From Octopus sinensis (Eukaryota), in the NCBI RefSeq assembly GCF_006345805.1, contig NW_021834679.1:1-45147 (forward strand): 45,147 bases of DNA. The letters run 5' to 3'. The position numbers and the translations under genes were made by a program. Numbering within the stretch: the first letter of the stretch is position 1; each line of letters starts with the position of its first letter. The notes below the pieces were generated by a model that had not been told where the DNA came from, did no database searches, and saw only the letters and a program-made list of their open reading frames with translations. Shown piece after piece: positions 1 to 11,354 of this stretch.

Positions 1-33
<33 letters not shown>

Positions 34-34
34 C

Positions 35-69
<35 letters not shown>
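1..69. repeat. (TAG)n microsatellite
   Basis: Near-perfect tag repeats from base 1. Confidence 0.98.
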
Positions 70-70
<1 letters not shown>

Positions 71-139
71 CCAAGAGTACATTTATTAAGAAACTGTCAG
101 AAATTTTTACGAAGGATTTAAAAACAAATTAATCTTGCC

Positions 140-1510
140 TGTTGGTGAAGATTGTGGTGGTGGTTGTGAGGTGGTGGTGGTGGTGGTTATGAGAAGATGT
201 TGGTGCTTGTGGTGGTGGTGGTAGTAGTGGTTATGAAGTGGTATTTGTGGTGATGGTGGCTGGTTGGTTAATTGTTGATGTAGTAGCATGTGGTGGTGGT
301 GATTGTAAAGTGGTATTGGTGGTGGTGGTATTTGTGGTGATGGTTGTGGTGGTGATGATGGCTGGTTGGTTAGTTGTTGATGCTGTAGTAATATGTGGTG
401 ATGGTGGTTGTGAGGTGGTGCTGGTGGTTGTGAGGTGGTGCTGGTGGTTGTGAGGTGGTGGTGTTTGTTATGAAGTGGTGCTGGTAGTTGTGGTGGTGGT
501 AGTAGTGGTGATGTGGTGGTGATGATGGTGGTGGTAGTGATGGTGGTGGTGGTGGTGGTGGTGGTGGTGGAGTTTGTGGTGGTAGAGGTGGTTGTGGTGA
601 TGGTGGGTGACTGGTTAGTTGCTGATTTTGTTGTAGTAAGTAGTGGTGGTGGTTATGAGGTGGTGCTTGTGGTGATGTTGGTTATGAAGTGGTGCTGGTG
701 GTAGTAGTGTTTGTGGTGGTGGTTGTGGTGATGGTGGCTGGTTGGTTAGTTGCTGATGTTGTAGTACGATGTGGTGGTAGCTGAGGTTGTGAGGTGGTGC
801 TTGTGGTGATGTTGGTTATGAAGTGGTGCTAGTGGTAGTAGTGTTTGTGGTGGTGGTTGTGGTGATGGTGGCTGGTTGGTTAGTTGCTGATGTTGTAGTA
901 CGATGTGGTGGTAGCTGAGGTTATGAGGTGGTGCTTGTGGTGATGTTGGTTATGAAGTGGTGCTGGTGGTAGTAGTGTTTGTGGTGGTGGTTGTGGTGAT
1001 GGTGGCTGGTTGGTTAGTTGCTGATGTTGTAGTACGATGTGGTGGTAGCGGTGGTTGTAGTGGTCGTGGTGCATGTGGTGGTGGTTGTAGTGGCTGTGGT
1101 GGGAATGGTTGGCTGTACTAGTTGTACTTATATTTGTAGTAGTTTGTGGCAGTGGTGGTGGTGGTGGTTGTGGTTGTAGCAGTGATGGTTGGTTGTGACA
1201 GTTGCTGTTGGTGGGGATGAGGGTTGTCCTGGTTGTAGTGGTGGTAATGGTGGTGGTGATGTTTGGGTGTGGTGGTCGCAATAGTGATTATGATATCTGT
1301 TGGTGGCGGTTGAAGTGTGTTGGTGGTGGTGGTTGTGATTGTAGTGCTGGTTGTTGTTTTTGGTGGTGGTTTGTGTTGTGGTGATTGTGGTGGTGGTGGT
1401 GGTGGAGTTGTTTGGTCGTAGAGGTTGTAGCAGTTTCTCTTGTCGTTGTCAATGGTCATGCTCCTGGGCAGTGGCAGTGGCGGTTTCTAATGGTGGTTGT
1501 GGTAGTGGCT
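140..1510. repeat. GGT/GTG/GTA-rich low-complexity region
   Basis: Strongly G/T-biased trinucleotide-derived sequence; its ORFs are poly-V on + or poly-T/H on -. Confidence 0.95.
660..1049. repeat. 134-bp tandem minisatellite (~2.9 copies), with degenerate earlier copies at 230-660
   Basis: gttatgaagtgg recurs at 681, 815 and 949 (period 134) with near-identical intervening sequence. Confidence 0.92.
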
Positions 1511-1511
1511 G

Positions 1512-1836
1512 GTAAAGGTGCGTAGCTTAGTGATGAAGTTTTTCGGCCCACGATCGCAACGTCCTCGGTTCGATTCCATGTGGCGCGTTGTGTCCTTGAG
1601 CAAGTCACTCAATTTCACGTTGCTCCATTCTACTCACCTGGTAAAAATGAGTTGTACCTGTAATTCAAGAGGGCCAACCTTGTTACATTCTGTGACATGC
1701 TGAATCTCCCTGAGAACTACGTTAAGGTTACGCGTGTCTGTGGAGCCCTCAGCCACTCGCACGTTAATTTCACAAGCAGGCTGTTCCGTTGATCGGATCA
1801 ACTGGAACCCTCATCGTCGTAACCGACCGAGTGCCA
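1512..1836 (+). mobile_element. tRNA-derived CORE-type SINE, family C, tail type 1
   Basis: A box-like tagcttagtga, B box ggttcgattcc, CORE-like tgtgtccttgagcaagtcact; 11-bp TSD GGTAGTGGCTG at 1501-1511 and 1837-1847. Confidence 0.9.
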
Positions 1837-1970
1837 GGTAGTGGCTGTAGTGACTCGTAGATGTGGTTGTGGTAGTTCTGGTGGTGATGGTGGTGGTGGC
1901 GGTGGAGATAGTCGTGGTGGCCGTCGTTAGTAATGTTCGTGGTTGTGACGTTAGCTGTAGTGATGTCTTT

Positions 1971-2294
1971 AGTAAAGGCACGCGGCTTAGTAGTTGGGAG
2001 TATTCGGCTCACGATTCTGAGGTCGTGAGTTCGATTCCCGGCGACGCGTTGAGTCCTTCAGCAAGACACTTCATTTCCCGTTGCTCCAGTCCACTCAGCT
2101 GGAAAAATGAGTAGTACCTGTATTTCAAAGAGCCAGCCATGTCACATTGTGTGTCACGCCGAATCTCCCAGAGAACTACGTTATAGGGTACACGTGTCTT
2201 TGGAGCCCTCAGCCACTCGCACGTTCACTTTACGAGCAGGCTGTTCCGTTGATCGGATCAACTGGAACCCTCGTCGTTGTCCGCGACGGAGGGC
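1971..2294 (+). mobile_element. SINE family C, tail type 1 (second copy)
   Basis: Colinear with 1512-1836; B box gagttcgattcc; 13-bp TSD TAGTGAYGTCTTT at 1958-1970 and 2295-2307 (one mismatch). Confidence 0.9.
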
Positions 2295-2399
2295 TAGTGA
2301 CGTCTTTTCTACAGATGTCGTTACTTGTGGTGTTGGCGTGAGTGCTGGTTTAGTTAACAGCAGCAGAGTATACGACTCAGTACTTGCAGTAGTAGCGGA

Positions 2400-3320
2400 T
2401 ACGGGAATGGTATAATGGAATTAGCAGGGACTGAATGATGGCTGTAGTTGTAGTGGAAACGAAATCGTGGTTGTGATGGTAGCGGAGATGGAATGGTGGT
2501 TACTTTTAAATCCTTCGCAAGATTTCTGACAGATTCTCAAATACGAAATCGTTGATGGTAATAGTTCTTACTATAAGTTTTGTTCTTGCTGTTGTTCATA
2601 ATGTTGTTGTTGGTAACGGTGGTGGTGGTGGTGGTGGTGCCCCGGTAGTGTGGCTGATAATGTGGTTGATAACGGTAGGGTTGCTATTAACGTTATTAGT
2701 ACTGGTGGGGTGTTGGCGTTGTTGTTATTGCTGTTGTTGTTGCTGGTGGTGGTGGTGGTGGTGGTCCTGATAGTAGCAATGGTGCTGGTGATAATAATGC
2801 TTACGTTCTTGGTAGTAGAGTTGGTACTGGCAATGTGTTTATATTGCTGGTGGTGGTGGTGGTGTTGGTGGTTGTGGTGGTGTTGGTGGTGTTGGTGGTG
2901 ATGTTTGTGGTGTTGATATTACTGGTATTCAAGAACGGTAGTCTTATTTCTTTTGATGGTGTCATAGTAACGTGTCTGATGGTGTTAGTGGTGTTTGCAG
3001 GATGGTATTGGCGGTAAGAGGTGGTTGGTAACGGCAGCGATGCTGCTGTCGATGGCGGTGGTGTTGATTGTACTGCTAGTGGTGGTGGTAGTAGTGGTGG
3101 TTTTGGTGGTGTTGGTGGTGGTCGTGGTGGTATTGTTGTTGGTGTTGGTGGTGATGGTGGCAGTATCGACGATTGACTGTTGGTGCCATAGTCTATAGTG
3201 TTAGTGAAGCGCTATCGGCGATGAGGTGTCGGCGGTGCTGGTGTTAACGCGGTGCTGCCAGTATTGGATGGTGGGTTGGCGCTGAATGCCAGGGTGGTGT
3301 TGGATGGTGGAGATTTTATG
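2400..3320. repeat. GGT/GTT-rich low-complexity region
   Basis: Degenerate (GGT)n/(GTT)n runs. Confidence 0.9.
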
Positions 3321-3864
3321 GAGATTACCAAATGCTCGGATTTTAGAGAGATTAATAATAAATGCTTAACCGAAGTTTCCGATTCTGTCAGCGGATTAAA
3401 ACGACCGATCGATATTGGTTGTTTCCCTGATAACCGTCTGGGCCCAGTCAACTCCCAGCTTGCAATCTGACTGAAATTATGACCAAGTGTGTGACTATTA
3501 GCCTTACAGTACATTCACCATTCTTTAATTCGAAATATATTTCTGAATTCCTTTCTGTTGCCTGTATTTGTTGGTTGATGATGTAGGTGTTTAGGTATAG
3601 TGGAAGCAGGTTGATGCAGATGGGGTTGGTTTTAAGATAGGCCTTTTTAGTATATAGAATACTTATAGAGAAGTTTGTACTGGAGTTTGATGTAATCAAT
3701 TATCGTGAACAGGTGAAGGGATTAAATATTTCGGGCTCTTGCCCTTTGTCTGAGAGGTACAAAGCAGCAGAAAGGTGGAGGTAAGATAATGAGAGAAGGA
3801 GAGGGAGAAAGATAGAGTATGAGACTGTTAGAGTGGTGAGTGAGAGGAGATTGAGTGGAGTGAA

Positions 3865-3872
3865 AGAATGAC

Positions 3873-3919
<47 letters not shown>

Positions 3920-4024
3920 GAGAATGAATGTGATAGTGATTGAGAGTGAGGAGGAGACTATGTGATATAAAAAGTGTTAGATGAAAAGAATGAAGTATAA
4001 GAGAAAGGAGAGAGTGAGAGAGAG

Positions 4025-4065
<41 letters not shown>

Positions 4066-4075
4066 CAGGCAGACA
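3865..4075. repeat. (GA)n microsatellites / purine-rich tract
   Basis: Two pure (ag)n runs near 3877-3913 and 4031-4061. Confidence 0.95.
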
Positions 4076-4237
4076 GACAGAATGAACCCTAATCATTAGA
4101 CCAGCGGCCTAGGGCGATGTTCTAGCTGTTACAATCACATTCTGTTTCTCAAGCATAATATCAAATACTTCTCTCACTTTTAAGATATAAAAAGAAATAT
4201 TCAGTGACACTAGGCTGATTCACTTGAATTTGGAATT

Positions 4238-4239
<2 letters not shown>

Positions 4240-4317
<78 letters not shown>

Positions 4318-4395
4318 CATACATATCATACATACATACATACATACATACATAATATATATATATACATATATATATATATGCATGTATATATA
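4240..4395. repeat. (AT)n and (ATAC)n microsatellites
   Basis: Direct inspection. Confidence 0.97.
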
Positions 4396-4575
4396 TTCTT
4401 TTATTTTTTCAGTCACTTGACTGCGGCCATGCTGGAATTCCGCCTTTTCAGTCGAAGAAATCGACCTCAGGACTTAATCTTTGTAAGCCTGGTACTTATT
4501 CTATGGGATCCCTTTTGCCGGATCGCTAAGTTACGGGTACGTAAAAACACCAGCATCGGTTGTCAGGCGATGGTG
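4396..4575 (-). mobile_element. SINE family A, 3' half
   Basis: Matches the 3' half of the full copy at 7372-7822 (cagtcacttgactgcggccatgctgga ... aacaccagcatcggttgtca). Confidence 0.88.
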
Positions 4576-4629
4576 GTGGGCGACCGAAAAATAAACACAC
4601 ATACATGTATATGTGTGTGTATGTGTGAG

Positions 4630-4819
4630 TGTGTGTGTTTGTGTTTGTCTAACCACTATTGCTTGACAACTGATGCTGGTGGGTAACTTAGCGGTTCGGC
4701 AAAAGAAACCGATAGAATAAGTACTTGGCTCACAAAGAATGGGTCCTGGGTTCGATTTGTTCGACTAAAGGCATGGCCGCAGTCAAACCACTGATACAAG
4801 CATATGGCAAAAGATGAAA
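4630..4819 (+). mobile_element. SINE family A, 3' half (inverted relative to 4396-4575)
   Basis: gcttgacaactgatgctggtg ... acttagcggttcggcaaaag ... gcatggccgcagtcaa. Confidence 0.88.
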
Positions 4820-5876
4820 GGGCACTGTTTTGGGACCACTACTGTTCATAATAGCCCTCTCAGACATGCCCTCAGACATGCAGAGAGCCACGATCACAAG
4901 TTATGCAGATGATACAAAAGTTTCACAGGCAATACAGAACCCTGAAGACACTAAGCACCTGCAATGTGAGCTGGACGAAATATACAAGTGGGCTGAAAAG
5001 AATAGCATGCAGTCAATGCTGAAAAGTTTCAAGCTTTATACTATCAGCATGCAAAACTAAATGCAATACCCAATGAATACACTGGACCCGGAGGAATAGC
5101 AATCCAGAGGCACAATCAGTGCGTGACCTGGGTATTTACATGAGCGATGTGACGCAACCTTTCGTGTCATGTTGCTAAATTGGCAATGAAATGTAGACGA
5201 CTGGCCAGATGGATTCTCAGAACCTTTAGAACAAGAGAACAAGAAACATGATGGTCCTCTGGAGGACACTTGTCCTAAGCCACTTTGACTATTGCTCTCA
5301 GTTATGGTCACCATCCAGTGTCAAGTTGATCACAGAGCTCGAGGCGATCCAGCGTAGCTACACGAAGAAGATAGCCTCTATGCAGAATGTAAGCTACTGG
5401 AAAGACTCAAGAGATTAAAACTATATCCTTGGAGCGTAGGCGGGAAAGATGCCATAATATACATCTGGAAGATCCTGGAGGGACGTGTCCCAAACTTGGC
5501 ATCGAGAGTTACACAAATGCAGCAGAACTGGGCGCCACTGCGTGGGGCCTAGGACTCCAAATTTGCCATCAAGATATAGGACAAGATACTGTGATAGCCT
5601 GGGCTTCCGTGGCCCACAGCTCTTCAATATCCTCCCGAAGAACCTGAGAGACCTGCATGGGTGGATGCAGATGTCTTTAAAATGGAACTGGATCTCTTCC
5701 TGTCAGGTGTCCCAGATGAACCAACTTCACGGCCAGGAGGTGCAGATGAGGGCAGCTGCATCGAACTCTCTCATGCACCAAATGGCAGTTGCTAAAAAGC
5801 TTTCGTGAAGTAAAACCAAGTAGCAACACCAAATGGCGGTGCCCCAGCATGGCCACAGCTCATGAGCTGAAACTAG

Positions 5877-5912
<36 letters not shown>
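4820..5912 (+). mobile_element. 5'-truncated, frameshifted LINE 3' end (CR1/L2-group reverse transcriptase) with (AATC)n tail
   Basis: GTVLGPLLF, SYADDTKV (RT motif), FDYCSQLWSP, LEAIQR, ERRRER and GFRGPQLFNILP across frames; stop at 5808; (AATC)n at 5877-5912. Confidence 0.92.
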
Positions 5913-5914
<2 letters not shown>

Positions 5915-5915
5915 G

Positions 5916-5966
<51 letters not shown>

Positions 5967-6031
5967 TCGGGGTGAGTACTTGATAATCAGAATTTGATTT
6001 GTAACACATGTCCTTGTGGAAGCTGTTGTGC

Positions 6032-6107
6032 GCGGCTGAAGAAGGCCACAGACACATTATGCATTGTTATAAATCTGTCTAATAAAGGCCCGAAACATAT
6101 GTACCGC
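6032..6107 (+). ncRNA. Type I hammerhead ribozyme motif, of the minimal form typical of Penelope-like elements
   Basis: Stem I GCGG 6032-6035/CCGC 6104-6107; core CTGAAGA 6036-6042; stem II GGCC 6044-6047/GGCC 6087-6090 with inner AGACA/TGTCT; GAAA 6092-6095; palindromic stem III ACATATGT; GUA cleavage triplet 6101-6103. Confidence 0.72.
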
Positions 6108-6139
6108 TGAATCCTTCGCATCATGTTTTTATTTTATTT

Positions 6140-6245
6140 GATCAATTTATATATACATATATATATACATATATATATATATACATATATGTATATATAC
6201 ATATATAAATATATATGTATATATACATATATGTATATATATACA

Positions 6246-6309
<64 letters not shown>

Positions 6310-6335
6310 TATATATATATATATATATATACACA
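6140..6335. repeat. (AT)n/(AC)n compound microsatellite
   Basis: Direct inspection. Confidence 0.95.
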
Positions 6336-6774
6336 AACATAAATTTATAACATTGTAGATAGATAGCTGATAGATAGTAGAATATAGAACAGCTCGATTT
6401 AAGCAGGGAAGACAAACTCAACTGTTCCAAATTTACCAAAGTCGATATTCTATTAAAGAACAAGACTTGGATGTTGTCTAGAAATAAGAGGACACTCATG
6501 TTTTTGCTGCAAAGGGCGCCATCAACACGATAATTGTTTGAAAATATCTCCAGCAGCCAAGGGACATAGACATATACAAAAGGAGAAAGCTTTTATAGCC
6601 TAGCTAATTTGTACAAATTACGCAAAATAAGTCACAGTGGCTGGGGTATGTGTATAGACATAGACAAATACAGGTATAGCAAATATCATAGAAAATAAAT
6701 TCAGCTCCATATGAGAAGGGTTGATACTCTAACGAATCGCTACTTCACTAAATTGAAATTTAGGCTTAAGCGTC

Positions 6775-6930
6775 TCTGTTAAATAAAAAGTTTGCTTCTC
6801 AACCACGTTGTTTTATGGTTCAGTCTCACTGCGTGTTACCATGGGCAAGTGTCTCTTCTATAATCTCGAGCCGACAAAAGCCTTGACAGTGGATTTGGTA
6901 GACGGAAACTGAAAGATACATGTCGTATAT
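6775..6930 (+). mobile_element. SINE family A, 5' half
   Basis: ggttcagtctcactgcgtg ... gggcaagtgtc ... gtggatttggtagacggaaactgaaag, then (TA)n; the 3' half is absent. Confidence 0.85.
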
Positions 6931-6971
6931 ATATATATACATATACAGATGCATATACATATATGTATATA

Positions 6972-7001
<30 letters not shown>

Positions 7002-7002
<1 letters not shown>

Positions 7003-7243
7003 AAGGAAATGAAGAAAATGCTGACAAAATAATTAAGTAATTAAGTAATTTAATTAGGTGAAAGTTCTTTTACCGGTTGCGCATTTGTTATGCTTACAAA
7101 AGATGTTTTTTTAGTAACTCTATCTCTCTTAAAAAAACATCTGTTGTAAGCATAACAAATGCGCAAACGGTAAAAGAACTTTCACCTAATTAAATTACTT
7201 AAATTATTTAAATTATTTTGTCAGCATTTTCTTCATTTCCTTT
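7002..7243. mobile_element. Foldback / MITE-like palindrome
   Basis: Arms 7002-7113 and 7130-7243 are reverse complements with only a few substitutions and small indels; 16-nt loop; embedded in (TA)n. Confidence 0.85.
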
Positions 7244-7291
7244 TTATATATCACAACTCGTGTTCTACATCTCCTTTTTAAAATATATATA

Positions 7292-7340
<49 letters not shown>

Positions 7341-7371
7341 TTATATATATATATATATTATATATATATAC

Positions 7372-7822
7372 TTTTTACTCTTTTACTCTTTTACTCTTTT
7401 ACTCTTTTATATAATATATATACTCTTTTACTCTTTTACTTCTTTCAGTCATTTGACTGCGGCCATGCTGGAGCACCGCCTTTAGTCGAGCATATCGACC
7501 CCGGGACTTATTCTTTGTAAGCCCAGTACTTATTCTATCGGTCACTTTTGCCAAACCGCTAAGTGATGGGGACGTAAACACACCAGCATCGGTTGTCAAG
7601 CAATGCTAGGGGGACAAACACAGACACACAAACACATACATACATACATATATATATATATACATATATACGACAGGCTTCTTTCGGTTTCCGTCTACCA
7701 AATCCACTCACAAGGCATTGGTCGGCCCGGGGCTATAGCAGAAGACACTTGCCCAAGATACCACGCATTGGGACTGAACCCGGAAACATGTGGCTGGTTA
7801 GCAAGCTACTTACCACGCAGCC
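7372..7822 (-). mobile_element. SINE family A, full length (tRNA head, CORE-like domain, internal (TA)n/(TG)n, 3' domain, (AAAAGAGT)n tail)
   Basis: Minus strand: A box tggctgcgtgg, B box gggttcagtccc, CORE-like cttgggcaagtgtctt, terminal ggcggtgctccagcatggccgcagtcaaatgactgaa, and an 8-bp tandem tail. Confidence 0.93.
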
Positions 7823-7826
7823 ATAT

Positions 7827-7858
<32 letters not shown>

Positions 7859-8036
7859 GGGAGAATTCACGAAAAAAAGTCGAGACAGGTGGTGTAGACA
7901 CCAAACAAAAGTATTAGTTTAACGCTTGGAAAATGAAAAATCTTTAACGTTTCGAGCCTACGCTCTTCCAGAAAAAGGAACACAGAAGGAACAAGGAGAG
8001 AAATAAAGAATGTATAGTGGAAAGCGATCTATCATG
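7859..8036 (-). mobile_element. Dispersed repeat with degenerate hammerhead-like motif (probable Penelope-like element fragment), copy 1
   Basis: Colinear with 9104-9292; minus strand reads ctggaagagcgtaggctcgaaacgtt. Confidence 0.6.
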
Positions 8037-8041
8037 GCGAA

Positions 8042-8310
<269 letters not shown>

Positions 8311-8334
8311 TGTGTATGTGTGCATGCGCGCACG

Positions 8335-8518
8335 TTTTTGTGTCTGCCACCAGTGTTTGTGTGTTTATGTCCCTGTAATTTTGCAGTCCGGAAGAGGCTT
8401 AAAATTATAACTGAATACTGGGGTCGAATCATTCTACAAAAAAAAAACAACTCTCCTACGTTGTGCCCCAGCATGGGCGCTGTCTGATTACTGAAACAAA
8501 TAAAAGATTAAAAGATAC
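8335..8518 (+). mobile_element. SINE family A, degenerate 3' half
   Basis: ggggtcgaatcattc ... gtgccccagcatggg ... actgaaacaaataaaagattaaaagat. Confidence 0.7.
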
Positions 8519-9103
8519 ATGCGGCGCGTGTTTGTACTTGTATGTACGTATACATACAAATTGAAGAAAAGATGCAGAGGTGCAAGAAGATTAAGGCCTT
8601 CGTTGAAGAGTTAGATTGAACAAAAATGTCTTCTCTCCTCTCTATCACACCTCAAAACTATCGAATATTATTATCATGCTCAACATTATTTATTTATTTA
8701 TTTATTTGTTCTAATTCTAGCTGTTGAAGGTGACTGTGGAAATGAAGAAAATGATGAACAAAACTAAAAAATAGAAATAAAAAACAAAACGTCAATTTTC
8801 TGGAGACATACGTTGATGGAGTGAGAATCAATAGCATCTGACACGAAACAGAAATGAAGTGAATGAGAAGTATGTATTTAATAAGATTCTAGACTCTACT
8901 TCAGCTTGTTACCATAGAGCTGTGCTTGGCAAATCTTTGATAAAAGATGCAACGAGAAAATGCGTACGAGCCAAGGAGCGGGCCTTTAGGCAGTTGATCA
9001 ATTTACTAGAAATAGCAGTCGAAACTTCTCGTAATACTTATTCCCTGCCTCTATTGAATAGAAAATATACCGTACATTGTAGCGCCTGGATAATATATTA
9101 TAT

Positions 9104-9292
9104 AGGGAGAATTCCCCCCAAAAAACAAAGGACGAAGACAGGTGGTGTAGACAACAAACATATGTATTAGTATAACGCTCGGTAAGTGAACACGTCTTCA
9201 ACGTTTCGAGCCTACGCTCTTTCACAAAAAAAGAAGACAGAAAGAAACAAGGAGAGAAAATATAGAATGTGTAGTGGCAAGCGATCTATCAT
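9104..9292 (-). mobile_element. Dispersed repeat with degenerate hammerhead-like motif, copy 2
   Basis: gggagaattc ... gacaggtggtgtagaca ... aacgtttcgagcctacgctct ... gcgatctatcatg shared with 7859-8036. Confidence 0.6.
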
Positions 9293-9294
9293 GA

Positions 9295-9329
9295 TACACA
9301 TACATATACATACATATATATAGATAGAT

Positions 9330-9364
<35 letters not shown>

Positions 9365-9454
9365 AAGTTAAGTTGAAAGATATGCATATGCATTTATCTA
9401 TATCTGTATCTCTCTCTATTCTTTCTCTCTCTCTTTCTTTCTCTCTCTCTCTCT

Positions 9455-9501
<47 letters not shown>

Positions 9502-9506
9502 CACAT

Positions 9507-9543
<37 letters not shown>

Positions 9544-9550
9544 TACAAAT
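9295..9550. repeat. (ATAC)n/(GA)n/(CT)n/(AT)n compound microsatellite
   Basis: Direct inspection. Confidence 0.93.
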
Positions 9551-10449
9551 ATATATCATTACAGATATAGAGTAACGCGTCCATAATTAATTTGTAGTCA
9601 AAGGAATTAGCTGTCTTTGGCTGCTATTTCTAAATTGTTGGTATGTGGTGAAGTAACTTGTTGCTAAACCCTTCATTATATATATATATATGTATATATA
9701 TATATGCACAAACGCACACACATACATACATCAGGCAAATTAGTCTCAGGGATGGAACGTCTTTTTGTAGTAGGTCTGTTAAACAATCACACTCACCTAG
9801 GGCTTAACAACAGCAGCAAAAGCGAACCGGACAGAGAAGGCACCACAACGTGGTCACTCAGCCAAGTACAAATGTCAGCTAAATATCTCTCACATCATTT
9901 CAAATCCTCTTAAGTAACTGGAAATATATTTGTCAATATAATCCCTAGATATATAAACTAAGTGATTTTTATTCATAGGTAACACCGAGAAATACATATA
10001 TATATATATATACATACACACACATATTTTATTTTGGCTGTAGATTTATTCGGTATCCTAAATATGAGTCAATGGGGGTAATCCCTGAGTGATCACTCAT
10101 TTTATTAGGGATAGAAGTTCAATATCCTCTCATACATTGCCGTTCAGTATTAAAAGTGGAGGACATAATGGTTAATGTAGTCCTAGATACATAATGCTCA
10201 AAAATAGACTCGATTGCCACTGTTGCATGCGTTTGTGTCTTCGAGCCTAGATCAGCTCATTCAAGGTTTGTCTGGTGTAGACAACAAAAACAGCAACAAG
10301 TACCTGTTATATTCTATGTACCACCAAATGTATAAGATAGTGGGACATACGAGGTTCCGTGTGGGTTCTACCAAATGGGTAAGCATTCAAACTAACAACT
10401 CATGAATCATGAGTTCAAATGGGGATAGGAATTTTCGTTATTGGTTTGC

Positions 10450-10630
10450 TGTAATTTGCGTTAATGTTAATCAGCAGGAACAGACCCTAATCAACGATAT
10501 TCAAACCGTGACCATCCCGTCAGTTTCGTTTTACGGGAATAGTAGCATCCCTGACTATATTATCTGATGTATCTATGTTTAAAAACTCTAGAATGGGATT
10601 TGAGGAGATTTCACTACTGCTCTTAGCAGT
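10450..10630 (+). mobile_element. Degenerate copy of repeat family D
   Basis: gaccatcccgtc and gatttgaggagatttcactactgctcttagcag resemble the gagatttggctgctatttctagcag motif at 40890-41180 and 43460-43500. Confidence 0.45.
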
Positions 10631-11094
10631 TTGAGTGTAGTCAAGTAGATATTTTCTTCAATAACTGTTTCCGTTTTGTCTATTGAAAGAAGGGACAAGG
10701 TCGTTGTTTCTACTAAGACATTTATTGGGTGTAGAGATAAACCTCAAAAACTAATTTCTCTAAACCCTTCCATATGTCGAACGAAAATCTAAAGTGCATT
10801 AATAAGCAATCTTATCACTCACCTTTTGTATGTAGGAACTTAATTCCAAACATTAGCAGTAGAATTACATGTCTTTTTTCATTTAGAGAAATATTCGAAA
10901 AGGCATCCCAAAATCATAACGAGGCTTTACAGGATAGCGTCTTGAATGATAAAATCTTATATAATACTCCATATTCTGAACTATCTGGTCATAAGAAAAG
11001 GTGATGCAATACTTCGTGGTTCGTGTCGCTCTTATCCCTACATTTTAGAACAAATATATGTAGAATATTCTTAAGCATATTGTGTTTATGTCCC

Positions 11095-11354
11095 CGCTAG
11101 GTTACTGTGACATAAACACACCAACACCGGTTGTCGGGCAATGTGGGACAAACACTCAAAAAGACACGCACACTGAACTATATACATATATATTTATACG
11201 ACGGACTTCTTTCAGTTTCAATCTACCAAATGCACTCCCAAGGATTTGGTCGGCCTTATGCTACAGTAGAAGGCACTCGTCTAAGGTGCGACGCAAAGGG
11301 ATTGAACCCGGTCGCATGCGGCTGAGAAGGAAGCTTCTTAATACTCAGCAACGC
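11095..11354 (-). mobile_element. SINE family A, lacking the extreme 3' end
   Basis: aaacacaccaacaccggttgtc ... cgacggacttctttcagtttc ... gggattgaacccgg. Confidence 0.85.

Noticed and set aside
1-69. Telomeric repeat at the window start
   Set aside because: The repeat is (TAG)n, not (TTAGGG)n.
107-3198. Poly-V/T/H ORFs in the GGT-rich region
   Set aside because: They are translations of trinucleotide low-complexity DNA with no domain content.
8717-8765. Possible terminal mini-exon (ttctag|CTGTTGAAGGTGAC..., AVEGDCGNEENDEQN*)
   Set aside because: It is too short and has no homology; the acceptor is just an (ATTT)n run.
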